Source: Camelus ferus
Taxonomy: Eukaryota
NCBI RefSeq assembly: GCF_009834535.1
Contig: NC_045697.1
Location: 68,636,001-68,700,000, forward strand
Direction of reading: 5' to 3'
Length of the DNA stretch: 64,000 nucleotides
Shown here: in pieces, positions 1-12,803 of the stretch
How the letters are laid out: each line of letters starts with the position of its first letter
How positions within the stretch are numbered: position 1 is the first letter of the stretch
Made by a program: the position numbers and the translations under genes
Notes under the pieces: model-generated
What the model saw: only the letters and a program-made list of their open reading frames with translations
The model's database searches: none
What the model was told of the DNA's origin: nothing

Positions 1-2604
1 ATTCTGTTTATGGCTGAGTAACATTTCGTGTGTGTGTGTGTGTGTTTACCACATCTTCTTTACCCATTCATCCTGGCAGTGGACATTTAGGCTGCTTCCA
101 TGACTTGTCCATTGTAAATAGTGCTACTATGAACATGGGGGTGCATGTATTTTTTCAGATTGGAGCTTTCATCTTTTCTGGATGTATGCCTAGGAGTAGG
201 ATTGCTGGATCATATGGTAACTATTTTTAGTTTTTTAAGGAACCTCCATACTGTTCTCCATATGGCTGCACCAAACTACATTCCCAACAACATTTCTCCA
301 TGCCCTCTCTGGCATTTATTATTGTAGACTTTTTGATGATGGCCATTCTGAGCAGTATGAAGTGGTACCTCATTGCAGTATTGATTTGCATTTCTCTAAT
401 AATTAGCAATGTTGAGCATCTTTTCTTGTGCCTCTTGGCCATCTACATGTCTTCTTTGGAGAAATGTCTATTTAGGTCTTCTGCCCATTCTTTAATTTTT
501 TTGATATTGAGCTGCATGAACTGTTAGTATATTTGGAAATTAGTCCCTTGTTGGTAACATTATTTGTAAATATCTTCTCCATTCCATAGGTTGCCTTTTC
601 ATTTTATTTATGGTTTCCTTTGCTGTGCAAAAGATTTTGTTTTGTCCCATTTGTCCCATTTGTTTATTTTTGCTTTTATTTCCATGACTCTAGAAGACAT
701 CAAAAAAAAAAAAAAATACTGCTGCAAATTATGTCGAAGAGTGTTCTGCCTATCTTTTCCTCTAGGAGTTTTAAAGTATCTGGTTTTACGTTTAGGTCTT
801 TAATCCATTTTGAGTTTATTTTTGTATATGGTGGTAGAGAATGTTCTAATTTCATTGTTTTATACATAGCTGTCCAGTTTTCCCAGCACCACTTGTTTAA
901 GAGACTGTCTTTTCTCCATTGTATATTCTTGCCTACTTTGTCACAGATTGACTGTAAGTGTGTGGATTTACTTCTGGAATTTCTATCCTGTTCCATTGAT
1001 CTATGCATCTGTTTTTGTGCCAGTACCAGACTGTTTTGATTACTGCAGCTTTGTAGTATAGTCTGAAGTCAGGGAGCATGATTCCTCCAGCTCTGTTCTT
1101 CTTTCTCAAGATTGCTTTGGCTCCTCAGGATCTTCTGTGTTTCTATACAAATTTTAAGATTATTTGTTCCAGTTCTGTGAAAAATGCCATTGGTAATTTG
1201 ATAGGGATTACACTGAACCTACAGACTGCTTTAGGTGGTATGGACATTTTAATAATATTGATTCTTCCAATCCAAAAACACAGTATATCTTTCCATCTGT
1301 TTCTGTCATCTTCAATTTCTTCCATCAGCATCTTACAGTTTTTTGGAGTTCAGGTCTTTTGCCTCCTTAGGTAGGTTTATTCCTAGGTATTTTATTCTTT
1401 TTGATGTGTTAGTAGATGGGATTGTTTCCTTAATCTCTCTTTCTGATATTCTGTTGTTAGTGTATAAAAATGCAATCGATTTCTGTATACTCCTTTTGTA
1501 TCCTGCAACTTTAACAAATTCACTGATAGGCTCTAGTAGTTTTCTGGTAGTGTCTTTGGGATCTTCTGTGTACAGTATCATGTCATCTGCAAACAGTGAC
1601 AGTTTTACTTCTTCCTTGCAATTTGGCTTCCTTTTATTTTAGTTTCTTGCTTTTTGTGGCTAGGACTTCCAAAATCACATTGAATGAAAGTGGCGAGAGT
1701 GGGCACTCTTGTCTTGTTCCTGATCTTGGAGGGAATGGTTTCAGCTTTCCACCACTGAGGATGATGTTAGCTGTGGATTTGTCATATATGGCCTTTATTA
1801 TGTTGAGGTATGTTTCCTCTATGCCCACTTTCGGGAGAGTTTTTATCATACACGGATGTTGAAATTTATCAAAAGCTTTTTCTGCATCTACAGAGATGAC
1901 CATATGGTTTTTATTCTTCAATTCTTTAGTGTGGTGTATCAAACTGATTGATTTGTGGATATTGAAAAATCTTTGAGCTAAGATGGCAGCCACTAGCAGC
2001 AGTGTTCACACAATTGAATGTTCCTAAGTAAGTCTGCACCAATGTCTATGCCCCAGGGTGAGCTGTAGCCACCCTCTGCCTCTCCAGGAGTCTCTAGGAG
2101 ACTCTCCAAGACCAGCAGGTAGGTCTGGCCCACATTCCTAACAAACTACTGCTTTTGCCCTGGGTCCTAGTGTGCATGAGATTTTGTGTGCACCCTTTAA
2201 GAGTGAAATCTCTTTTTCCCCTAGTCCTATGGGGCTCCTGCAGTTAAACCCTGCTGGCCTTCAAAGTCAGATGCTCTAGGGCCTCCCTCTACTTCCTAGT
2301 GCTGGATCCCTAGGCTGGGGAGCCTGATGTGGGGCTGAGAACTCCCACCCCTCTGGAATAACCACTACAATATAATTATTCTCTAGCTTGTGGGTCTCCC
2401 ACCTTGGGCGGTATGGGATTTGATTCTGTCTTGAGTGTACCCTCCTACCTGTCTTACTGTGGTCCCTTCTTTATGTCTTTAGTTGTAGAAGATCTTTTCT
2501 GGTAGGTCCCAATCTTTTTCAACAATGGTTGTTCTGCAGGTAGTTGTGCTCATGAGAGGAGGTAAGCGCAGAGACCACCTACTCCACCATCTTGGCCACT
2601 CTCC
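1..2604 (-). mobile_element. LINE-1 with internal deletion: 5'UTR (~1976-2604) joined directly to ORF2 RT/C-terminal region (1-1975); continues off the window
   Basis: Minus-strand ORF fragments are L1 ORF2 ([71 protein letters not shown]), broken by stops and frameshifts. The minus strand begins GGAGAGTGGCCAAGATGGTGGAGTAG, a typical L1 5' start. Confidence 0.93.
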
Positions 2605-2807
2605 TATGTAATGTTTTTTAAGAACTGGTTTTTCCTTTTTTTTTTTTTTTGGCCTACTAGGAATATTTATCTTTTAATTATAATGTATTCAAAAGTGTAT
2701 CCAAAAGTTTAAATATAATACAGTGCACATATATGTACATATGTGAGTGTGGGTCCTACACGAGTTTTCTTTTAACTAGTCACCCAAATTAATTTTCTAC
2801 CACATTC

Positions 2808-3632
2808 CCCTTCTGCTCCAGACACTCTTAATTGTTTTGCTCTTCCCAAACATACCACACACACTCTGGCCTAAGGGCTTTTGCACTTGTTGATGCTTCT
2901 AAGTAGAAGGTGTTCCTCTCATACTGTTCCCGTAATGACCCCTCAATGCTTAAATGTCTCTCCTGAAAGGTCCTCTTCAAAGAGACTGTTGCTGGCCACC
3001 CCTATTTTTAAAAGACCAGCCCCACCACCACCATCAGGCTCCTTTCTATGCCCTTACTTTTTCATTTGTACCATCTATAATTCCCTAAATAAATACTTAT
3101 TTACATTTTTTGTCTCTACCATTAGAATGTAAGCTATGTGGATGGACCTGGAGGTCATCATACTAAGTAAAGTAAGCCTGAAAGAGAAAGAAAAATACTG
3201 TATGATATTGTTTATATGTGGAATCTAAAAAAACAAAAAACAAAAACCGATACAAATGAACTTATTTACAAAACAGACAGACTCACAGAGACAGAAAACT
3301 ATTGATTACCCGGGTGGGGAGAGAGTGGGGAGGATTAAATCAGAAGGTTGGGATTTTAACTACTATATATAAAATGGTTAAACAACAAGGTCCTACTGTG
3401 TAGCACAGAGAACTATATTCAATACCTTGTAATGAAATACTTATAATTAAAAAATATACGAATATCACTATGTGTACACCAGAATTTAATACAACATTGT
3501 AGATCAACAATACTTCAGATAGATAGCAAGCTCTAGGAGGCTAGAATCTTAGTCATCTTCCTCATCCCTGCATGCCTAGTGCCAGGAACATAGTGGGTAT
3601 TCAATTCAATAAACATTTGTTGAATCAGTAAA
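2808..3632 (+). mobile_element. L2 3' fragment, interrupted by an L1 3' end
   Basis: L2-type motifs TAGAATGTAAGCT...TAGTGCCAGGAACATAGTGGGTATTCAA...TAAACATTTGTTGAAT. Confidence 0.75.
3136..3527 (+). mobile_element. 5'-truncated L1 3' end inserted in L2
   Basis: ATGTGGATGGACCTGGAGGTCATCATACTAAGT...ACAACATTGTAGATCAACAATACTTCA; flanked by AAGCT at 3131-3135 and 3528-3532 (short TSD). Confidence 0.9.
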
Positions 3633-3769
3633 TATATAAAAAAAAATTGCCTTAGATTTATAATCTGGTAAATATTTGCATGATGTTCAATTTCCCTATA
3701 CAGGTCTGTGGCACATATATTTTCTCATATATGTGCAGGTTTTGGTTTATATTATACAACAAACTTTTA

Positions 3770-4390
3770 CAGTTTTATTCCCTGATATACTTTTTTTTTT
3801 TATTTTGGACATTATAGTGTCTAGTGTTTTGTGTGTAATCAGAATTTCCTAATTTGTTATTTTAACTATGAAGAATTTGTTTCAATAATATCTTTTTCTG
3901 GCAACTTTGCAATATTCTCCAAATAGTTTCAATACCACTTCTTGTTTTTGTTTGCCATACACTCATGTCATCTGCATCTCTTATTTTAATATTGGCTCTT
4001 CTTATTTCATTATTGTTTTCATATTTCATTTTTTAGAGCCTCTGGAACAAAGTTAAATGATGGTTGAATCACTGTCTTCATCCCAGTTTTAATGGGAATA
4101 AGACTAAAATTTTAATATTTAATATTATGCTTGCTATCAGGATTTTCTACATAGTTTTAAAATCATTTTAATACAATGTCAAATCCTATTTTAGTTCAGC
4201 TTTTTATTAGGAAAGATCCTTTAACTCTGAAAACAGTTTTGCAGTGTTTTAAAATAGTTACATTATTTTATTCTTTAATTTGTTAATGCAGTTAATTACA
4301 TTAAAATATTTTCTAATGTTGAGCCATTTTTCATTCCAGGAATAAACTCTACTTGGTTGTAAATATCATCCTTTTAATTTCTTGATTTGG
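3770..4390 (-). mobile_element. old, diverged L1 ORF2 fragment (L1M-type)
   Basis: Degenerate antisense ORF2 motifs (CATGTCATCTGC; TTCTAATGTTGAGCCAT...TTCCAGGAATAAACTCTACTTGG). Confidence 0.7.
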
Positions 4391-4429
4391 TAAGTATTTA
4401 TTGATTACCTGGTAAATACCTGACACTAT

Positions 4430-5010
4430 TTCAAGTGATGTCTCCAAATAAAGATATCAAATAGGCAGTTGGATAAATTTTGTGGAGTTTTGAGGAGAGA
4501 ACTAGAACCAGGTTAGAGATATAATTGGGAATTATCAGCATACGGGTGGAGTAGATCTATAATTCCCTAAATAAATACTTATTTACATTTTCTGTCTCTA
4601 CCATTAGAATGTAAGCTATGTGGATGGACCTGGAGATCATCATACTAAGTAAAGTAAGCCTGAAAGAGAAAGAAAAGTACCGTATGATATTGTTTATATG
4701 TGGAATCTAAAAAAAAACCCCGATACAAATGAACTTATTTACAAAACAGACAGACTCACAGAGACAGAAAACTATTGATTACCCGGGTGGGGAGAGAGTG
4801 GGGAGGATTAAATCAGAGGTTGGGATTTTGCCTGTGATGTAGTTTAGTAGGGAAAGTTTTAGGTTAGTGAAGGAGAAAAGGTCCAGCAAATGTGTCATGG
4901 GCTCTCCAATGTATTAAATCAAGTTGATGAGAGGAATTAGTATAGGAAATCCAGAAGCAGCAGCCAGTAAGTTAAGAGGAAAACAAAGAAAGTGTGATAT
5001 CCCAGTAGCC
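4430..5010 (-). mobile_element. L2 fragment, interrupted at 4555-4829 by a duplicated segment
   Basis: ATAGGCAGTTGGATA...GGGAATTATCAGCATA...GAAAGTGTGATATCCCAG resembles antisense L2. Confidence 0.65.
4555..4829 (+). repeat. direct dispersed copy of 3073-3357
   Basis: By-eye alignment: about 4 substitutions and 2 indels over ~280 bp; includes the L2/L1 junction. Confidence 0.97.
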
Positions 5011-5689
5011 GTGATCTCATCTGATAAATCTGACTAGAAAGCTACTATGAGCGTTAGCTTATTTTGTTTTATTTTCAGTATGTCTTAGTGATAACCATGA
5101 CTGTTTTCTCAAATAAAAGAAGCACATAAGCCTGCATCATCAGGGAGCAATCTATAACAATTTCAAGGTCCCTGTTTCTGATAATGAACAGCAACTAGAG
5201 TCTTCCATCTTTCATAGTTGTCCATTGGCTGTATCTCTGAATGTGACTGTGTGTGTGTGTGTGTGTATAAACCCTCACTAATCATTAACTGTTGTTGTTT
5301 TGCCATTGTTGTTATTTTATTTTATATAAATTGTTGCTATTTGCACTTACTTATGCAAGTCACACTTGTTCTCTGATACATGGGTTATTTATAATTTGGA
5401 TAACAGTTTCCCATGTACAGCTCTGAATTCCTTTTGCCTGGCTAGATACCATGAGTTCTAGGGATTGATCTACCATTGTCTTCCTAGAATAATTGTAACA
5501 AAATATTTCATATTATTTTCATCTACCCTCAGTCATCAAGTATTCCTTATGATTCTATGATTCTGTTTGTCTTTTTTTAATGTTTACAATCTCTTCCTTA
5601 ACTTATTGTCATCATTTATTATACTTTTTTGGTATCTTTTTAATAAATCATATTTTATATTAATCCAACAGATAGTGGTAAATCCACTA

Positions 5690-6230
5690 CTATATGATAA
5701 TAGACACTCTGAGTAAATAAAGGTGAACCAGACACAGGTATGGCTTGTAAAGAATAGACAGTCTATTAAAAGAGATGGAGCTATCATATAACTAATAATA
5801 TAACAAGATAGAAATTCATATGTTTATGATATAAAGGGAAAAGATAAAGATTCAAAGGAAGCAGTCAATATTTATGTTAGTGACAGGCAAGTCAACATTT
5901 AAACTGGGCTTTGAAATATAAATTGATTTTTTAAGTGTAGAGATGAATAAGTGATGCTCAAAGAAGAGCGAACAGAAGAAGTAAACAAAGTGAGCATATT
6001 GTCATCAAGTAATATGGTGAATGGCAAGCACTTTAAGCTAAAACTTATGCATATGAAATGAAATAATAGGAAGAATTGTTTAAAAAGTATATTAGGATCA
6101 GGAAATGGAAAGCTTTGGAGTAAGTGAAGAATTTACTTACAGTGATCTAGTTGAATTTTGCTATATAGGTAGAGTAAAATGATATGAACTTGAAATATGA
6201 ATTAGAAAAATGTATAGTAGAATGCTGCTA
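5690..6230 (-). mobile_element. degenerate L2 fragment
   Basis: ATAGACACTCTGAGTAAATAAAGGTGAACCAGACACAG...ACATTTAAACTGGGCTTTGAA. Confidence 0.5.
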
Positions 6231-6439
6231 TAATTTTCTTATGATAATCTCAAGGACCGTCAATAAGCAAGGTAGGATTTGCTTTTAGATTGGATCTCAC
6301 TTTGTCCTGAGTCCTACTAAAGTATTTTTAACAGTCTCCAAATTAATGTTTGTTGTTCTTATTTTGTTATAGAAGAGTAAACCTAATAAACTTATCAAAG
6401 AGTTAGTTAATTTTACTAAAAGTAAACTAAGATATTCAA

Positions 6440-6860
6440 CTTAATTATGCTACTGTTTCCTAATAATTCAAAGAGTGATAACAAGATAACTGCAACAAAA
6501 TGAATAAGGAATAGTTTGCCATACTAGACTAATTAAACTGACTGACAAGTATTGCAATGGTAAGGCACCTTGAAACCAAGCCAATCAAATGGAGCCTAGA
6601 AACCAAGACAAGGCACTATAAACAATTGGAGCATGGATAAGAAAACAATTATCTACACTGAAGTATTTAAATCCCTATAACAAGAGCATACAAAATACTC
6701 ACAAATAATAGATTTGTTAAATATCAAAATGTAAAAACAAATACTTTAAAACTATTGGTAGGATACATAGAGAAGAATGTGTTGCATGTGGGGTAGAAAA
6801 TGATTATTTATACAAGAATCAGAAAGTAAAAAGAATAAAAATATTGCTAATTTCCTAAAG
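6440..6860 (+). mobile_element. old L1 (L1ME-like) ORF2 C-terminal fragment
   Basis: AAATGTAAAAACAAATACTTTAAAACTATTGGTAGGATACATAGAG...GGGGTAGAAAATGATT resembles the L1 [13 protein letters not shown] region. Confidence 0.65.
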
Positions 6861-7341
6861 TGCTGATAGTGTGCAGCGTAGGTTCAGAGATTATCAACTT
6901 GATGATGAAGGAACAAAGCTATTACTCTGAAAGTACTTCAGAGTACACTTAGCATGACCACTTTATCCTCATCAAAATGCAGCAGATCATAAATGGTACC
7001 AAGTGCAAAATCTTCCACACTATAGAAATGCCATAAAAAGTTCTCAGTTTACTCAAAATTCATGATTATATAGTACCTTATAGAGTTTATTTTTAAAGAC
7101 AAATAATTTTATGGACTATGAATGCTCTTTAGAATCTGGCATTCTGGTATTCTGATATTTAGTGCTAGATCTACATTCTAGTTCAGTAATAGAAATAGCT
7201 ACAGAACTGAGTAGCATCACTCTCTCTCGGATGAAGTCTCAAAAACATTCCATCAATTTTAAACTAACTGGATTTAGAGTCTTTAAGGTTTTAGAATTTA
7301 GATATCCATGGTTACTGTAAACGGATCAAAATATTCATTAT

Positions 7342-10300
7342 GGATGTGACCAAGATGTGAAGTAGTATGACCCTGAGCACCCCAAAATTATAACTATTTA
7401 CAGAGAACTATCTATGAGAAAGACCTGAAGATTAGCAGAAAAGATTTTCTCAACTAAACATATAAAGGAAGAACCACGAGATGGGTAGGAGGGGTGGAAA
7501 TGGAGTACAGTCAAGACCATATCCCTGGATAGGCAACCCACAAATGAGAGAATTACAATTGCAGAGGTTCCCTCCATGAAGCAAGGGGTCTAAGTCACAC
7601 ATCGGGCTCTGGCAGTCATGGCGTTTAAGTTCCAGAAGACAGATAAATGACCTCCAAAAACAAGTTTAGGGAATATTGAAATTAAAATAAATGTAGAATC
7701 CCCTGAGCCTTGCAGACAGCTAAACAGGGACCCAACCATGCCCTCCAGCAGGCTGGCAATACATGCCTCCCTAGGGACACAAAGATAGCCACATGTGTAC
7801 CCAGCCCCACCCAAGAGTTGGCTGGCAGCAGCTCATGCCTCCTCCAGTCTATGCAGCCAACCAGATAGGAAGCCTACCCTGCACTTCAGCAGGCCCACTG
7901 CACAAGACACAATACTGTAGCAAACTGGGCCAGGGGCCAGGCCCACCTGCCAGTGTACCCACAGTAGTCAGCCCTGCGACAACAGAAAGGCAACAGTAGC
8001 CCACATAGAGGGCACTCCTAGAGTATATACCTCTGGTAAACAGAGGGGAGTGTGCTTCTAGGCCTCATGGGACATCTCCTACATAAGGCCACTCCAAAAT
8101 CAGGAAACCTACCTAACCCATGAAAATAAACACAGAGAACTGGACAAAATGAGACACAAGAATATGTTCCAAACCAAGGAATAAGACATAAACTCAGAAA
8201 AAGACACCAAATGGAGATAAACAGCCTACCCAATGAACAGTTTAAAGTCATAACCATAAAGATGCTCACCAAACTCAGAAGAAAGGATGAACACAGGGAG
8301 AATTTCAAAGAGTTAGAAGATATAAAGAACCAGCAGAGCTTAAGAATATAATAAACTGATTTTAAAAATACACTAAAAGGAACCAATAGTAGATTAGATG
8401 ATACAAAGGAACAGATCTGGAAGACAGAGTAGTGGAAATCACCCAAGTTGAACAGAAACGAGAACAAAGAATTTTTAAAGTGAGGATAGTTTAAGAGATC
8501 TCTAAGACAACATCAAGCATACTAACATTTGCATTATAGGGATCTGAAAAGGAGGAGAGAGAGAAAGGGGTAGAGAACATATTTGAAGTAATAACAGCAA
8601 AAAAACTTCCCTCATCTAGGAAGGGAAACAGACTTTTGGGTCCAAGAAGCACAGAGGGTCCCAAGGAAGACCATACCAAGACACACTGTAATTAACATGG
8701 CAAAAAATTAAAAGTAATCATAAAACAAGAGAAACTTATGTGCAAGGAAACTTTCATAAGACTATCACCTGAGTTTTCAGCAGAAACTTTGTGGACCAGA
8801 TTGGAGTGGCACAATAAACTCAAAATGATGAATGGAAAAAACCTACAACCAAAAATACTCTATCAGTCAAGGCTACCATTCAGTATGAAGGAGAGAGAAA
8901 GAGTTTTATGGAGAAGCAAAAGCCGAAAGAGTTCAGCATCACTAAACCAGCTTTAAAAGAAACGTTAAAGGGACTTAACTAAGTGGAAAAGACCACACAT
9001 AGAAGTGTAGAAATTAGAAAAGGAACAAATCTCATTGGTAAAGGTAAACATATGGTAAAGGTAGCAGATCAACCACTTATAAAAGTAGAAAGATTGAAAG
9101 ACAAAAGTAGTAAAATCATCACTATCCACAATAAGTAAAGGGACAATCAAAACAAAAAGACAAAGCATGACGTAAAAAACACTGAACATGGTAGGGGAAG
9201 AAAAAGTGCAAGGTTCTTAAAAAATGTGTTTGAGCTTAAGAGATCATCAACTTAAAGTACTGTGTAGTTATATGCATATATGGCCATACGAACCTCATGG
9301 TAACCACAAACCAAAAATCTAATACCTACACATAGAAAAAAAGAAAGGAAACCAAAAATAAACTAAAGATAGTCATCAAATCATAAGGGAAAAGAGCAAA
9401 AGAAGGGGAAAGGAACAACAACAAAAAAAAAAAAACGGTAAAAAACCATCCCAATACAATTAACAAATTTGCAATAAGTACATACCTATCAATAATTATA
9501 TGTAAGTGGACTAAATACCCCAATCAAGACAGAGTAACTGAATGGATAAAAAAAGACTCACATATATACTGCCTACAAGAGACTAACTTCATTTCTAAAG
9601 ACATGCAGAATGAAAGTGAGGGAATGGGAAATAAAAAGAAAGCTGGGATAGCAATACATTTTTTCAGACAAAACACGTTAAAGACTATAACAATAGAAAA
9701 AGGACACTGCATAATGAAATAGGGATCAACCCAACAAGAAGACATAAAAATTGTAAATACATATGAGCCAAGTATAGGAGCTATTAAACACATAAAGCAA
9801 ATATTGAACATAAAGGGAGAAACTGATAGCAACACCTATTAGTTGGGGACTTCAACATCATACTTATACCAACAGGTCATCTAGACAGAAAATCAATAAG
9901 AAACACTGGCCTTAAAAAATGTATTAAATGAGGTGAACTGAAAAAAACATACATAGAACATTGCATCCAACAGCAGCAGACAACATATTCTTTTCAAGTG
10001 CACCTGGAACATTCTCCAGGATAGATTACATGTTAGGCCACAGAGCAACACTCAATAAATTTAAAAATTACTCTTCAACAAAGGAGGAAAGAATACACAA
10101 TGGTGAAAAGACAGTTTCTTCAGCGAGTGATGTTGGAAAAGCTGGATAGCTGCATGTAAATAAATAAACTTAGAACACTCCCTCACACTGCACAAGAATA
10201 AACTCAGAATGGCTTAAAGACTTAAATATAAGACATGACACCATAAAACTCCTGGAAGAGAACATAGGCAAAACATTTTCTGACATAAATCGCAGCAAGC

Positions 10301-11442
10301 TTTTCTTAGGTCAGTCTCCTAAGGCAAAAGAAATACAAGCAAAAATAAACAAAGGGGACCTAATCAAACTTATAAGCCTTTGTACAGCAAAGGAAACCGT
10401 AAACAAAATGAAAAGACAACCTATGGGATAGGAGAAGATATTTGCAAATGATGCAAATGACAAGGTCTTAATTTCCAAAATATACATACAGCTCATATAG
10501 CTAAATATGAGAAAAATAAACCACCCAATCAAAAAATGGGCAGAAGACCTAACAGTTCTCCAAAGAAGACATACCAATAGGCACATAGAAAGATGCTCAA
10601 CATCACTAATTATCAGAGAAATGAAAATCAAAACTACAGTGAGGTATTCACATCAGTCAGAATGGCCATCATCAAAATGTCTACAAATAATAAATGCTGG
10701 AAAGAGAGTGAAGAAAAGGGAACCCTCCTACACTGCTGGTAGGAATATAACTTGGTGCAGCCACTATGGAGAACAGCATGTGGTTCCTTAAAAAACTAAA
10801 AATAGACTTACTTTATGATCCAGCAATCCCATTCCTGGGCACATATCTGGAAAAAAATGAAAACTCTAATTTGAAAAGACACATCCATCCCAGTGTTCAC
10901 AGAAGCACTATTTACAATAGCCGAGACATGGAAGCAACCTGAGTGTCCATCAACAGATAAATGGATAAAGATGTAGTATCTATGTATACAACGGAATACT
11001 ACTCAGCCATAAAAAGAATGAAATAATGCCATTTGCAGCAACACAGATGGACCTAGAGATTATCATAGGAAGTGAAGTCAAAGAAAGACAAGTATCATAT
11101 ATCACTTCTATTTGGGATCTAAAAAAAGTGAAACAGATGAACTTACTTATACACAGAAACAGACCTATGAACATAGAAAACAAACTGATAGTTAGCAAAG
11201 AGGAAAGGTGAGGAGAGGAATAAATTAGGAGCTTGGGATTAACAAATACACTCTACTATGTATAAAACAGATAAACAACAAAGTCGTACTGTATAGCACA
11301 GGAAACTATATTCAGTATCTTGTAATAACCTATAATGGAAAAGTATTTGAAAAAGAATATAATATACATATAAGTGAATAACTTTGCTGTACACTAGAAA
11401 CTAACACAACATTGTAAATCAACTATGCTTCGGTCAAAAAAA
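7342..11442 (+). mobile_element. LINE-1 with 5'UTR, ORF1, ORF2 endonuclease, C-terminus and 3'UTR; RT region deleted at ~10068
   Basis: Start GGATGTGACCAAGATG. ORF1 remnant IRLSPEFSAETL...KNLQPKILY. EN remnant FFSSAPGTFSRIDYMLGH jumps to a post-RT region. End MPFAATQMDLEIII; 3'UTR ends AACTATGCTTC plus a short A run. Confidence 0.94.
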
Positions 11443-11512
11443 GTCAAGCCTCAGTCTGGGGCGAAAAATATTTGAAAAAACATATATTGTTGAGAATTAT
11501 GGGCAGAATATG

Positions 11513-11544
11513 AAACAAACAAACAAACAAACAAACAAACAAAC
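11513..11544 (+). repeat. (AAAC)8 microsatellite
   Basis: Direct reading. Confidence 0.98.
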
Positions 11545-11583
11545 CAACCTACAGCTCAATGATAGGAGGCAAAAAACAATTAA

Positions 11584-12145
11584 AGACAAAGATCTCTTCT
11601 TGACCAAACTCTGTCCAGGCTCTCTGAGCCCTTTCTCTACTAGCCTCAACCTTGGCCAATAAACACTTGAACAAAACTGTAACATGCTTTCTAACAGCTC
11701 AAGGCCATATCCCTAACGTGACCCTAGCCTCACTTAAAGTGCCTGCCTGAGAAAACTGCCAAAATTTTGCTCTTTTGAGTGCGAGGCTGCCAAAAGAATT
11801 TTCTGTTAGTTTCGGTCAACACCTGCAAGATGGAGTCCCTGTCTCCCAGTCTCTGTGGGAGGGTAGAAGCCTAGCTTCCCCAAGTGCTGGTTAACAAGCC
11901 AGTGGGTTCTCATGGACCAGCACCCTTCTGATTTTTTCAAATTTTCACTTCCCTGACTAGACTGAGCCCCTGCTCACCTCCCTCCCATTTCCCTCCTTTT
12001 CCGTTTAAAACACCTAATTACCCCTATACAAACTGAAGTTGAGTTCAGTTCATGCTGGATTCTTTTCCCCAGTGTAATAGTATATTACTGATTAAAATCT
12101 GTCCTTACCACTTTAACTAGTGTCTGGGTTTGTTTATCTTTGACA
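11584..12145 (+). mobile_element. ERV1-class (MER4-group) solo LTR
   Basis: (A)GACAAAGATCTCTTCTTGACCAAACTC...ATTAAAATCTGTCCTTACCACTTTAACTAGTGTC...TTTGACA; it splits the surrounding old L1. Confidence 0.85.
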
Positions 12146-12803
12146 GTAGGCAAAATATTTGAATGGGAGGCATTTTACAGAAGATTATACGCAACAAATA
12201 AGCATACGGAAAGGTGCTCAATAATATTAGTCATAAGGGAAATGCAAATTAAATTACACACCAAATACAATAGCTAAAAGTTTAAAAAACAGTATCAAAT
12301 CTTGATGATGATAAATACCGGTTGGTACCCTCGTATGTCTCTAGTGGCATGTACGATTTTTCAACTACCGTGGAAAATTCTTCGGCAGTCTTTTGTGAAA
12401 TTAAACGTACACTCCAATCTCACTCCTACTTATTTACCCAAGAGAAATGAAAACATATGTTCATATAATGACTTGTACTCAAATGGTCATAACTGCTTCA
12501 GTCATAATAGTAATAAACTGGAAGCAACTCTAATTCCTTGTCAATTGTTGAATAAACAAAATATTGTATAGCTTTATAATCAAACACAACTGAACAATAA
12601 AAAACTGCTAACTCATTGAACAACACAGACGGATCCAAAAACTATTATACCAAGTGGTATATATAAACAAGACCACATACAGTAGTATGATTCCAGTTAC
12701 ATGAATTTCCAAAAAATAGAAAAACTACAGTCATAGAAAGCAGAAAAGTGGCCCTGTTCAGGCAAGGGGTCACTGAAAGAAAACTTATTGTAAAGAAGTG
12801 ATG

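Noticed and set aside
30..1993. Dense overlapping ORFs on both strands
   Set aside because: They are frameshifted L1 ORF2 pieces and their antisense shadows, not genes.
6870..7320. Faint resemblance of RRFRDYQLDDEGTK and YPWL to G-protein alpha subunits
   Set aside because: Spacing does not fit and the intervening conserved motifs (DVGGQR, KWIHCF) are absent, so it is likely chance.
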